From: Selaginella moellendorffii
Lineage: Eukaryota; Plantae; Lycopodiophyta
Assembly: GCF_000143415.4 (NCBI RefSeq)
Contig: NW_003314265.1
Span: 1,964,777-2,028,776, forward strand
Reading direction: 5' to 3'
Length of the DNA stretch: 64,000 nucleotides
A program made the translations under genes and the position numbers. Positions 22,367-34,035 of this stretch are shown piece by piece. Positions within the stretch are counted from its first letter, which is position 1. Each line of letters starts with the position of its first letter. Under the pieces are notes generated by a model, which made no database searches, had not been told where the DNA came from, and worked only from the letters and a program-made list of their open reading frames with translations.

Positions 22367-25300
22367 TGAGAAAGTTTGCTCGCTCTTGTCCTAGTCTAGA
22401 ATTTTCAATGAGAATTTTTTACTTGCATGCTACGGTCATGCGTGCACAGGGAGTAACTGGCTGAATTGCAGAAATCCTTTGCACTGTTGTTTTGTGAAAA
22501 CTTTGATGGTGTGGAGAAAGGTCTTAAGGTTTGATCTCTAAGTTCCCTGGACAGCACATGGATTATATGAGCTCTGGACATACAATATATGAACTATACC
22601 TTAAGTAGGCATGTTCGTCTTCTTTGAATAAAAATTCACTGCTTCTTCATTTTAGTAATTTTATTAAGCCTGTGCCCTTGTTCTTCAATAATGGTGATCT
22701 TCACAGACCCAGCCACTTGGACTTTTGACGAGTCCAAATCACTTCTTCATCATCAAAGATTCGGTCCTTGCCATATCCTTGAGTTGAATTCTTTTTCACA
22801 TACCCAAACAACTCCACGATGTCATCTTTTGATGCTGGTTGCAACCTGTTATTGAGATCGCCTTCAAAGCAGGAGTTGATTGTAGCCTTCAAGCCATTTG
22901 CACCAATCTCAATCAAAGTGCCGACCAGCTCCCCTCCCACAGGCAATGCCACTTTAACGAGCTTTGCAAGGTGAAAACACATTGTGATGGCTGGGACGAA
23001 GACGTTGCTATACTTTTTGAACCATTGATTTGGGATAGTGATTGGTACTCCTGGGTACTTCTTCAAATCAACTGGGTGACAGCCGCTTGGATGCTCACAT
23101 AAGTAGTTAATATTTGCTCGTTTCCCAATCAGTGGTGTATATTTTAGCAACAGATTTGACTCCATTGTAACGTGCGGGAGTTTCGGACACTCCAGCTTAA
23201 TGGATTCCAACAGTGATGAGCAGCTCTTGATCAATGCGTTTTCTGTGTCCTTCAGTTCCTTTTGTAAAGATTCTTTGATATCTGTTATGGAGACCTTGAA
23301 GTCCTCCATATATATATGTGCAACCCTTGCATTCGACGCTTGTGTAATTGGTAGCAAAAGTTGGCAAGCTTGTTCATGTCATCACTTTCAAACTTTGGGA
23401 TCTCGACCTGCACAGGTTGGCTTTGATACAATGTGCCGGTTGTATTCTGCGACAACCTCTTCAACAGCACGCTTACGTGGCTGAATAATCTCGTTGACTT
23501 CACTTGGCATCAAGAGTTCCAAGGCACTTGTGGAGTCATCAAAACCCCAAGTAAAATGATAATCAAAGCCTAGCTACCATCTGTTTAACCTCTTGCAGTG
23601 CCCAAGAGCTCTTGCTATTTTCATTGCATGACCTGACGTGAACTACGGGAATATTCCGAGAATATTCCATGGCCTGTGGGATTTAAGGCCGTAACACAGG
23701 GAGGTTGGCCTAGGGCTCATTATCTTATTCGTTTCATTGGTATTGGAACAGCATGTTCTTTTGGGGATGGTGGGTGAGCAAGACATTGATCCTGATGAGG
23801 AGTATGGCATTAGTGATGATAGCCATGACGATGCGGAAGAGACTTTTAATAATGTCGTTGTGTGGCAAGGATGCTAGATTACTAAGGTTCAGAGCGACAT
23901 AAAGGAGGTTAAAGATTCTATTAATCTCATTAAGGATTTCCTGCTTCGCATGGACCCTCAAGGGTTGAATTAATGTCATGTCCGTGATTAGTATTGGTAT
24001 GTCAAACATGCCAAGGATATGGTATTATGGAATGGAAATCATCATCGGATGTTTGTGATAGTCAAAAGGTTGATTCTTGGAATTATGAGAAAGTTGTTGG
24101 TCTCACAATCCTTGTGAAAATAAGGTGAAGATAAATTTCTTTGTGACGAAGCTTACAGGCCATGTTTCTTCGTGGTGGAAGAACTACATCAAAGCTAATC
24201 CAAAACCGACTTCTTGGACTGACAAAAGTTTTCCATGCTTCGTTTGTCAAGAAGTTTGAAAAGGTTGATTTTGTGAACTAGTTGTTAGAGATCCAGCAAG
24301 GGACTTTGTCTTTGGGCAAGTTCCGTGATCTTTGCCTTAGTCTTATGGGCACCTATAATGAGTTGTTACAATGTTTTATCAAATGATTGAGCTCAGTGGA
24401 TATGCAGCAGAAGGTCAAGAAGGATTTTCCAGCAATATTGACTGATGCTATCACTAAGGCTCAGATATTTTCGCCCAAACCATCAGTCAACTCTGGTCAA
24501 CGAGATAGTCTACAGAGTAGTCAATGTGATGACCAGCTCTCTAATTCTTCATATTCAAGGAAGAAACAGTCGTTATTCCGTTGTGGCTCGATGCATGAAG
24601 ATGGCAGTGAGGTTAAGAAACTTTGTTTGGACCAGCTGTAAGTGACTAATTTTTCCATTCTACTTTAATCACTTAACTATACCTCTGACCATTTGAAGGA
24701 GTCTCATTCACAACCTTCATAAGTCCAATTCCAAACTTGGGGCTTGCTCGCCCCGAGAAGGGCATCCATGCCTCTCAACCTTTGCACTTGGTCCAAGTGC
24801 TCCACGTGTCCAATCCCATGATCAACACCCTAAGGTACCACCAACTTATTAACCCATTACGCTAGGCCATGCCTATTCACCTTGGTCACATCGGTGGACC
24901 ACCACCTGCATTGCAATCCCATCTCTCCAAGACTGGGCCATCCGTCTAGGAGTGGTCATCCCAAATCCATTCCTTAGCATCCTTAGGATGTCGGCAGACA
25001 TGGGGAATAGCCTTCCCCAATATCTTCTTTCCAGTCCTTACTAAGTCCTTTTCTGTTCATGGCCATGCTCATCAACACTGCCACTGGATCAAGACCTATA
25101 GGCTTGACCATTATGTCCCATGGTCCTCTGGGACTTCCTCACCGTGTGACTGTGTCCTTGGTCACCACACCAGAGGGCTACTCCTTTTCCTGTTTATGGT
25201 TTGGGACATTGGGACAACATTTCGGAACACCGTGACCCTATGCAGACCTCATAGGTACTTTCCCCGCCTTCCACCTTTGGGTGCTCTAGCCATGGGCTTA

Positions 25301-25629
25301 GAGCGAGGTTCCATTGAGCCACGCCAGGTATCCAAGTAAGTAGTGCCACCCACACTTGGACTCGGAGCATCGGCCAATCAATCTCCTGAGGGAATTAGAG
25401 TTGGCTCTTGAACACTTCACCAAGCTACCCCATTTGTCGGTCCGTATTCACTCTAGCTTTGAACTTCCTAGTGGTTATCCCATCACCCAACACCTGGGTA
25501 CAGCCTTTCTGGGACAAACTAGCCTTTCCTAGCCAAACTGGCTCCACTGGAGTCCTCTCCCTTACTATACTTTTGGAGCTCACTAAATCCCCTAGGGTCT
25601 GGGAGACGAATGCTTTGGGCTTTCACACT

Positions 25630-25970
25630 CTCAGACTCGAACTCGGACTCAGACTTGGACTCGGGCTCAGACTTGGACTTGGACTCGGGCTTGGGCTCAG
25701 CCTCGGTCTCGGTCTCGGTCCCAGTCCTAGTCTCGGTCTCGATCTCGACTTCGGACTCCATCTCGGGTCCTTCTCGGACTCCATCTCGGGTCTATTTCGG
25801 ACTCCATCTTGGGTACATCTTGGACTCCATTTCAAGTCCATTTCGGACTCCATCTTGGGTTCATCTCGAACTCCATCTCAGACTCTATCTCGGGTCCATT
25901 TCGGACTCCATTTCAGGTCCATCTCGGATTCCATCTTGGGTCCATCTCGGACTCCATCTTGGGTCCATTT
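25630..25970. repeat. Hexamer-derived tandem array in LTR (ggactc/ggtctc/ggactccatctc)
   Basis: Degenerate 6/12/18-nt periodicity; yields low-complexity SDSD/LGLG ORFs. Confidence 0.85.
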
Positions 25971-26115
25971 TCTAGAGACTCTCTTATGGCTCGTTTCATG
26001 CTTGTTCCTTGAGCACTCCATTGGGAGTTCCACTCCCGCCCTCAACCTTTCAAGTCGGAGCTTTTAGTCCAAACGTGTTATGCTCGTTTGGTTTTTGCTT
26101 CGGCCACTACCATTG

Positions 26116-26711
26116 TGTAAGCAACCAAAGGGAACGACTTGAGAGACGATCCATGGGGTTCAAATATAGAGGGAAAGGGCCCATGAACAAAGAGTGCACC
26201 CCCTTTTCCAATTGGTTAAGGGTCTTGGGATACTTGGAGTTAAGCGTCCTTGGGGTTGAATAGTACTGGGCTGGGTGACCTCCCGGGAAGTCCAAACTCA
26301 GGAGCTTACATTTGGTATCAGAGGGGTCTCGGGTCCGACTTTGTTGGTTGGCTTAAGGAAATCGCACCACATGTTGATTGACATCTGGCTGGTCCAGTTT
26401 GCTCCCGCTGGGCTCGACCCGAGGGGTAGGGTGTCAAGAGAGTGAGGCTCTCGGGAGAGTTGCGGCTCTCAGCTTCCGTTCACGAGGGCGTGAACTTGCA
26501 GGGAAGCGTGGTGGATTGTAAGCAACCAAAGGGAACGACTTGAGAGACGATCCATGGGGTTCAAATATAGAGGGAAAGGGCCCATGAACAAAGAGTGCAC
26601 CCCCTTTTCCAATTGGTTAAGGGTCTTGGGATACTTGGAGTTAAGCGTCCTTGGGGTTGAATAGTACTGGGCTGGGTGACCTCCCGGGAAGTCCAAACTC
26701 AGGAGCTTACA
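26116..26711 (+). mobile_element. Cassandra TRIM retrotransposon (5S rDNA-derived segment in LTRs)
   Basis: 195-bp LTRs (26116-26310, 26517-26711) that look identical by eye, PBS tggtatcagag, perfect TSD cattg. Each LTR contains agttaagcgtccttggggttgaatagtactgggctgggtgacctcccgggaagtcc, matching 5S A-box/IE/C-box. Confidence 0.95.
26238..26293 (+). promoter_or_regulatory. 5S rRNA-like Pol III internal promoter in the Cassandra LTR (repeated at 26639-26694)
   Basis: Matches the 3' half of plant 5S rRNA (AGTTAAGCGTGCTTGGGCGAGAGTAGTACTAGGATGGGTGACCTCCTGGGAAGTCC). The 5' half of 5S is absent. Confidence 0.85.
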
Positions 26712-29700
26712 CATTGGTGCCCTTTTGGCTCCACTTTGGGGCTTAGGGATTTGTGTCTCACAACTCCACCACCCATAGATGAAGTTTGATGTCCTCATCA
26801 AACGGTAAACCATTTTTATAAAGTAACACCAACATGTATTACCCTTTCCATGCTTAGCACCTAGCCAATATTTATCAATGGTATGACACCGAAGGCTCAC
26901 CATGCCTTCTCCATCCTCTAAGGCGCATAGCCTCTTTAACATAGAGACTTGATCGACCACCTATGGTGGTTCTTTCCCTTTAATTGGTTTAGTTCTTGCT
27001 AAACCTGTTAGAGGCACCTCCTCTATCTCAATCCCAGTACTCACTTCTGAGTAGCCTCAGTTCCCATTGATATAAACTTACACTTTGGAACTTTTAAATT
27101 TGACTTGTCAGAGTCAATTTCTTAAGTGTCTCCGACACCTTGCATTGCACATATTATACAACTCCACTTCCCCATATTTAGAAGTTCTTTATTTGAGGGC
27201 ATTACCATCCTCTTTCCCATTTTGTGCGACCTTTGGCACTAAGTTCTAGTTATCCTAATTCGTGCTAGGGCTGTCCATGTCCATATCATTTGGCTACTTT
27301 ACCGCTTCCTACCTTGGAACTTCCACTTTCGCCAAATCGAAGCAATTGGGGATCCATCCTTGGAAACACATTGCCTTTCCCACAATTTGTTAGCACCCAA
27401 CACATTAGTGTTCTTGGCCTAACTTTGCATTTTGGATTCTTTCTCATGATTCCCATGGTTCTTTTTTTAGCCATTGGTTTTTTGCTTCTATCCTTGATTG
27501 TTGCACCCAATAACATCGGATCACTACCTCCATTATCGAGGTATCTTTTTGGTTCCATAGCAAAGACTTTGCTTTGCCAAATCCAGAAGGTGTTCACCCC
27601 TAGTACGTCTCTTTAGGATTTTCTATTATAGGCTCTATCTCTGGCCCAACTTTGTGACCCTCCCATGGGTTTCTTATAGAAACTATTTTCTTCGGACTCA
27701 TTATGCCATTGCACAGTCACAAATCATTTCCCTTAGATGTTCTTCCCACTTAGTCACCTTGACCAAGCCACACCATCATCAATAATTCAAACTAACACTT
27801 TGAACTATGAACTTTATCCCTTAACCTCACAAGGACCTTGTTCTTGTTTTAGACATAAGATCACCTAGTGATCACACCTTAGCACCTTAATAGGTTTGCC
27901 AATAGATATTAGGTCTTCCAAACCTTTAAATTGTTCACCATAAACACTTGGTGGTGCACCCAAGCCAGCCCTTTCGGTTAACAACTGAGATTGAGTGTCC
28001 CCATCTCATTCACCATGTCCTTGGTGCCATTCGCACCAAATGTTCAAGTTAGATATGCCGAGCCACACTAAGCAATCTAACCGTGCATCACGACTTTGAG
28101 GCATCCCTCGTTTGGCGGTGTGCCCAAACCAGTCTCCTCACTGAGAGTCCATGACCACTGAAAAATGAGTGTCTTCATATTCTAAACCATCACCATGCCC
28201 TAGTGATTTGGGACTCGAACCCAAGCATTAAAGGGTCGGGACTCAAACCCAACCTCCATATATGCATCTACGGATGGCATTGCACAGGATGCCTGGCGTG
28301 ACTCCCCACGCCGGTGCACCAACATGTACTTAAAGCGCACTATAGATCACAACTTAGGAACCTAGTTCCTTCGCACTGCCAAGTCCTCTCACTTGATAAA
28401 TCTATGGTCATGCATGGACTCCTCTATGCTCGGCCCCATGGGCCACCCCTTTTGAAGTTAGCACCTTCGACTAGGGGATTTGTTCCCCTGACTTGCCAAT
28501 CTCATTTAGCAAGTCATTTGGCCACTATAACATAGTTCATGCATAAGCGTGAAGTCTTTAACCATTGACTTTCGTTCAAAACCCTCTTTTTGAACACTCG
28601 GGAACTACTTCCCCAACCTTGATAGCCTCGCCTCATGGCCAGCTTCAAGACCAACCTTTTGTTGCGCCACTCTGATTTCGCACACTCTAGGAACCATTTA
28701 CACTTGGTTTTCTAGGTACTTATTTACCTAGAATTGTCTTTGGGAACCTTCAAGGAATTCTGTTCCTTGGTTTGCTAAGGTTTCTCCTTTGTAAGCTCCC
28801 TACTCACTATATGGTCTAATATGAATAATTCCACATTTTAGACTCTCCATAGCATCGCGGTTGCTAGTAATAACATCCTCGAACACCCTCTTGATTCTCC
28901 ATTCTCAACTTGCATAATCACCCTTGGTCATGCTTGTCAATTTTTATGGTTTGGTTCTATCCCTTTATTATTTGCCTTTTGGTTCCATACATTTCTTTCG
29001 GTCATTTTCCTCCAGACTAGGAAGGTAGCTTTGCATTTTCTATCATGCCTTGGCAAGTATTCATAGGGATGAACCTACCTGATAGCCTAGGGAGTGGTTC
29101 CTCAATTTAAATTTGCTCACATTGTAATCCCACACATTAGGCTTACCGTTGCTATTTATGGGCTTTTGTATGCCCATCACTAGCCTTGCCAAAATTCTTT
29201 TTTGGCTTTGTCTAATTTGGGTAGATGGACTTTTCCCATCTCTGCAACCTTGGACATTTAGATAACACCTCCTATCCATCATTTGCTAAGGACTTTGTCC
29301 CTTGGGCATTATCCATTACCCTCATGACACAAAACACCCCTCCTAATGTTCTAGAGTGCTTGGGTGTTTCAATGATGGCCTCTTTAGCAATGAGCATTCC
29401 CTTTACGATATTGATTTATTATATCGCAACATAAGTAATTTATCTTCCCATAAGGGTATATCTAACTTTTTTATCCCGATAAAAAGTCTTAGGTAGTTAC
29501 ATTCTACCAGTTTAACTAATTATTTTGCACCTTTTGCTTAGTTACCTCATAGTTGTCAAGTCTTACAACTCATTGCTAGTGCTTCCACACCTCCATCATT
29601 ATTTGGGTCACCACAGTCTAATCGCATGCCTTTTAGCTTAGGCTATGTCATTCCCAATTTCATTAGGATTCCTTTGGGAAGGGGTTTTCATGAACCCACC

Positions 29701-29818
29701 AACTTGACCTCAAGGCAACACGCCTTGGCACATTTGGTGTCTCTACACTATCGGCTCTACAAGCCGACCTTTATGACAGTTCCCACTTGTGTCGGGGTCT
29801 TTGCCAAGACCAAAGCAG

Positions 29819-31622
29819 TGTAAGCGACTAATTTTTCTATTTTACTTTAGTCACTTACCCACACCTCCGACCACTTGGAAGAGTCTCACTCGCAATCTCC
29901 ATAAATCCTATTTTCGGACTTGGGCTTGTTAGCCCCGAGAATGGCATCCCCGCCACTCAACCTTTGCACTTGGTCCCAGTTCTCCACTTGTCCGGTCCTA
30001 TGACCGACACCCCAAGGTACCATCAACATATTAGCCTGTTACGCTATGGCCATGCCCATTCACCTTGGTCACATCGGTGGTCTGACACCACCTACATTGC
30101 AATCCCATCTCTCCAAGACTGAGCCATCTGTCCATGAGTGATCATCCCAGATCCACTCCTTAGCATCCTTAGGATGCCCATAGATATGGGGAATAGCCTT
30201 CCCCAATATCTCCTTTCTGGTCCCCACCAAGTCCCTTTCTGTCTTTAGCCGTGTTCGCCAACACTGCCATTGGATCAAGGCTCACAGGCCCGACCACTAA
30301 GTCCCACGGTCCTTTGGGACTTCCTCACCACACGACTGTATCCTTGGTCACTACACTAGAGGACTACTCCTCTTCCTTTCCACAGTCTGGGCCTTTGGGA
30401 CAACATTTCGGAACACCGTGGCTTTACGCAAGCCTCGTGGGTACTCTCCCCGCCTTCCGCCTTTGGGTGCTCTAGCCATGGGCTTAGAGCAAGGTTCCGT
30501 TAAGCCATGCCTGGTATCCAAGTAGGTAGTGCCACCCACACTTGGACTGGAAGCATCGGCCAGTCGATCTCCCGGGGGAACTAGAGCCGGCTCTTGAACA
30601 CTTCACCAAGCTACCCCACTTGTCAGTCCGTATTCACTTTAGTCTTGGACTTCCCAGTGGGCAGCTCATCACCCAACACTGGGTACAGCCTTCTTGGGCC
30701 AAATTGGCCTTTCCTGGCCAAACTGGCTCCACTACAATCCTCCCCCTACTATACTTTTGGAGCTCACCAAACCCCCCAGGGTCTGGGAGACGAACACTTT
30801 GGGCTTTCACCCTCTCAGACTCGAACTCGGACTCGGACTCAGACTTGGACTCGGACTCGGACTCAGACTTGGACTCGGACTCGGACTCAGGCTCGGGCTC
30901 GGGCCCAGGCTTGGGCTCGGCCTCCGCCTCGGTCTCGGTCTCGGTCCCGATCTCGGTCTCGGTCTCGGTCCCGGTCTCGGTCTTGACCTCGGACCCCATC
31001 TCGGGTCCTTCTCGGACTCCATCTCAGATTCCACCTCGGACTCCATCTTGGGTCCATCTCGGACTCCATCTCGGGTCCACCTCGGACTCCAACTCGGTCT
31101 CCATCTCGGGTCCACCTCGGACTCCAACTCAGGTCCATCTCGGACTCCACCTCGGACTCCAACTCGGGTCCATCTCGGATTCCATCTCGGACTCCACCTT
31201 GGACTCCACCTCGGACTCTAACTCGGGTCCATCTTGGATTCCATCTCGGACTCCACCTCGGACTCCACCTAGGACTCCAACTTGGGTCCATCTTAGACTC
31301 CATCTCGGACTCCACCTCGGACTCCATCTCGGACTCCACCTCGGACTCCAACTCGGGCCCATCTCGAACTCCATCTCGGGTCCATCTCGGACACTTCCAC
31401 GTGTCATATGTTGGTCTTTTTGAGTCCCTTTTTAGAGCCTCGCTTATTGCTCGCTTCGTGCTCATTCCTCGAGCACTTTGTTAGGAGTTCCACTCCCTCT
31501 CTCGACCTTTCAAGTCGGAGCTTTTAGTCCAAATGTGTTACGCTCTTTGGCTTTCACTTCGGCCACTACCACGTGGTGCTCTTCCGGTTCCACTTTGGGG
31601 CCTAGGGATTTTGTGTCTCACA
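29819..31622 (-). mobile_element. Solo LTR of the same large-LTR family inserted within its own family member
   Basis: Full LTR copy (tgtaagcgac...tctcaca) flanked by perfect TSD agcag (29814-29818, 31623-31627), with no adjacent PBS or PPT. Confidence 0.9.
30815..31392. repeat. Expanded hexamer-derived tandem array in the solo LTR
   Basis: tcggac/tcggtc runs followed by ctcggactcca(c/t/a) units; longer than in the other two LTRs. Confidence 0.88.
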
Positions 31623-33589
31623 AGCAGTTGTTTCTCATGCCAACTATTAATTAGCACTACACCATAGTGTTCACACACAACTCTATACTAAAGTTGATTT
31701 TTTTTGAGGAACACCTTTCCCATGACTTTAGTATGGCACATTCTGCCATTAATGAGATATCCACTATTCTCATACTTGGATCCTATGATCCCCCCATCCT
31801 TTGTGGGGTACAAACACCTCAGTCCAAATGCTTTCATCAATCCTTTAAGATTTGTTCCTTGACTTTATTTGAGTCATCTAGCCTTTTGGACTTTGTTAAT
31901 CCGATGATCTGTGAGGTCCTACTTTTGATGTGTCAGCTCATTGGAATACAACTTTTTGTATTCATGTCCTACTCACAAGGACCATCTTTGCAAGTGTTAT
32001 TTTGACACTTGATTTTCTTCTCTAGGGGCAACCTTTTACCCCTTAGGACCGTGATGAGAATACCAACTCATCCTCTAAGTACACCCCCAACTCCTTGGGT
32101 TGTTCGAGCATTTATTAAAGGTAGCCCCAGCTACCATTTCTAGGACTTGTGTCCTCTTTCGTATTTGACCTCTCATGGTCATCAATTCCGGTCTTAAATT
32201 CATGAGCACCAGCCTCAACTATGTGAGGATAATCTTGTGACTCCTTTATTGTTTTGGAGTCTGCATCTTTCCCGTGATCCCAACTATAGTTGTTTACCAT
32301 AACTACATTAGCCCATTTGCTGAGTCAAACGTTCATCTGGATCACATCCTCAACTCCCTGAGGAAACCCTTATACTGTTCCCAAGATCCCGAAGTCGTTT
32401 CATTATTGGCTCTTTTCTATCCACCGCCTCACCTAGAAGTTCACACATAAACTGTAGTGGAGAGCCATATCTTCCCGACCTGCTATTCCTCAAAGATAGG
32501 CCCATTCTTAGGACCTTTCGATGCCAACATTGGCAGTGATATACTTGAGCACCAATAAAAGTCGGACTAAGGAACAACTCCGATACCAAGTTGTAAGCGA
32601 CTAATTTTTTCATTCTACTTTAGTCACTTAACTATACCTCTGACCACTTGAAGGAGTCTCATTTACAACCTCCATAAGTCCAATTCTGGACTTGGGGATT
32701 GCTCGCCCCGATAAGGGCATCCATGCCCCTCAACGTTTGCACTTGGTCCAAGTGCTCCACGTGTCCAATCCCATGATTAACACCCCAAGGTACCATCAAT
32801 TTACTAGCCCGTTACGCTAGGCCATGCCCATTCACCTTGGTCATATTAGTGGACCACCACTTGCATTGCAATCCCGTCTCTCCAAGACTGGGCCATCCGT
32901 CCAGGAGTGGTCATCCCAGATCCATTCTTTAGCATCCTTAAGATGTCGGCAGACATGGGGAATAGCCTTCCCCAATATCTTCTTTCCGGTCCTTACCAAG
33001 TCCCTTTCTATCCATGGCTGTGCTTGCCAACACTGCCACTGGATCAAAACCCATAGGCCCGACCACTATGTCCCATGGTCCTCTGCTGGGACTTCCTCAC
33101 CGTGTGACTGTGTCCTTGGTCACCACACTAGAGGGTTATTCATCTTCCTATTCATGGTCTGGGACTTTAGGTCAACATTTCGGAACACCGTGGCCCTACG
33201 TGGCCTTCATAGGTACTTTCTTTGCCTTCCACCTTTGGGTGCTCTAGCCATGGGCTTAAAGCGAGGTTCCGTTGAGCCACACTAGGTTTCCAAGTAGGTA
33301 GTGCCACCCACACTTGGACTAAGAGCATCGGCCAGTCGATCTCCCGGGGGAACTAGAGCTGGCTCTTGAACATTTCACCAAGCTACCCCGCTTGTCGGTC
33401 CGTATTCACTCTAGCTTTGAACTTCCTAGTGGTTATCCCATCACCCAACACCTGGGTACAACCTTCCTGGGACATACTGGCCTTTCCTGACCAAACTGGC
33501 TCCACTAAAGTCTTCCCCCTTACTATACTTTTGGAGTTCACTAAACCCCTTAGGGTCTGGGAGATGAACGCTTTAGGCTTTCACCCTCT

Positions 33590-34035
33590 CAGACTCGAAC
33601 TCGGATTCGGACTCGGACTCGAGCTTAGACTTGGACTTGGACTCAGGCTTGGGCTCGGTCTCGGTCTCAGTCTCGGTCCCGGTCTTGGTCCCGGTCTCGG
33701 TCTCAATCTCGACTTCGGACTCCATCTCAGGTCCTTCTCGGACTCCATCTTAGATTCCATCTCGGGTCCATCTCGATCCATCTCGGACTCCATCTTGGAC
33801 TTCATCTCGAGTCCATTTCGGGTCCATCTCGGACTCCATCTCAGACTCCATCTCAGGTTCATCTCGGACTCCATTTCAGGTCCATCTCGAACTCCATCTT
33901 GGGTTCATCTCGAACTCCATCTCAGACTCCATCTCGGGTCCATTTCGGACTCCATCTTAGGTCCATCTCGAAATCCATCTCGGATCCATCTCGGACTCCA
34001 TCTCGGGTCCATCTTGAACTCCATCTTGGGTCCCT
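33590..34035. repeat. Hexamer-derived tandem array in the 5' LTR
   Basis: Same unit family as 25630-25970 and 30815-31392. Confidence 0.85.

Noticed and set aside
26238-26293. Possible 5S rRNA genes
   Set aside because: Only the 3' half of 5S is present, and it lies within Cassandra LTRs.
30542-31465. ORFs of 100-290 aa with SDSD/LGLG/RTRT/WSPR repeats (also 25408-26067 and 33366-34120)
   Set aside because: Open in several frames only because of the stop-free hexamer array within LTRs; no protein family signature.
25630-34035. CRISPR-like appearance of the repeats
   Set aside because: No constant repeat with unique spacers, and the context is eukaryotic LTR sequence.
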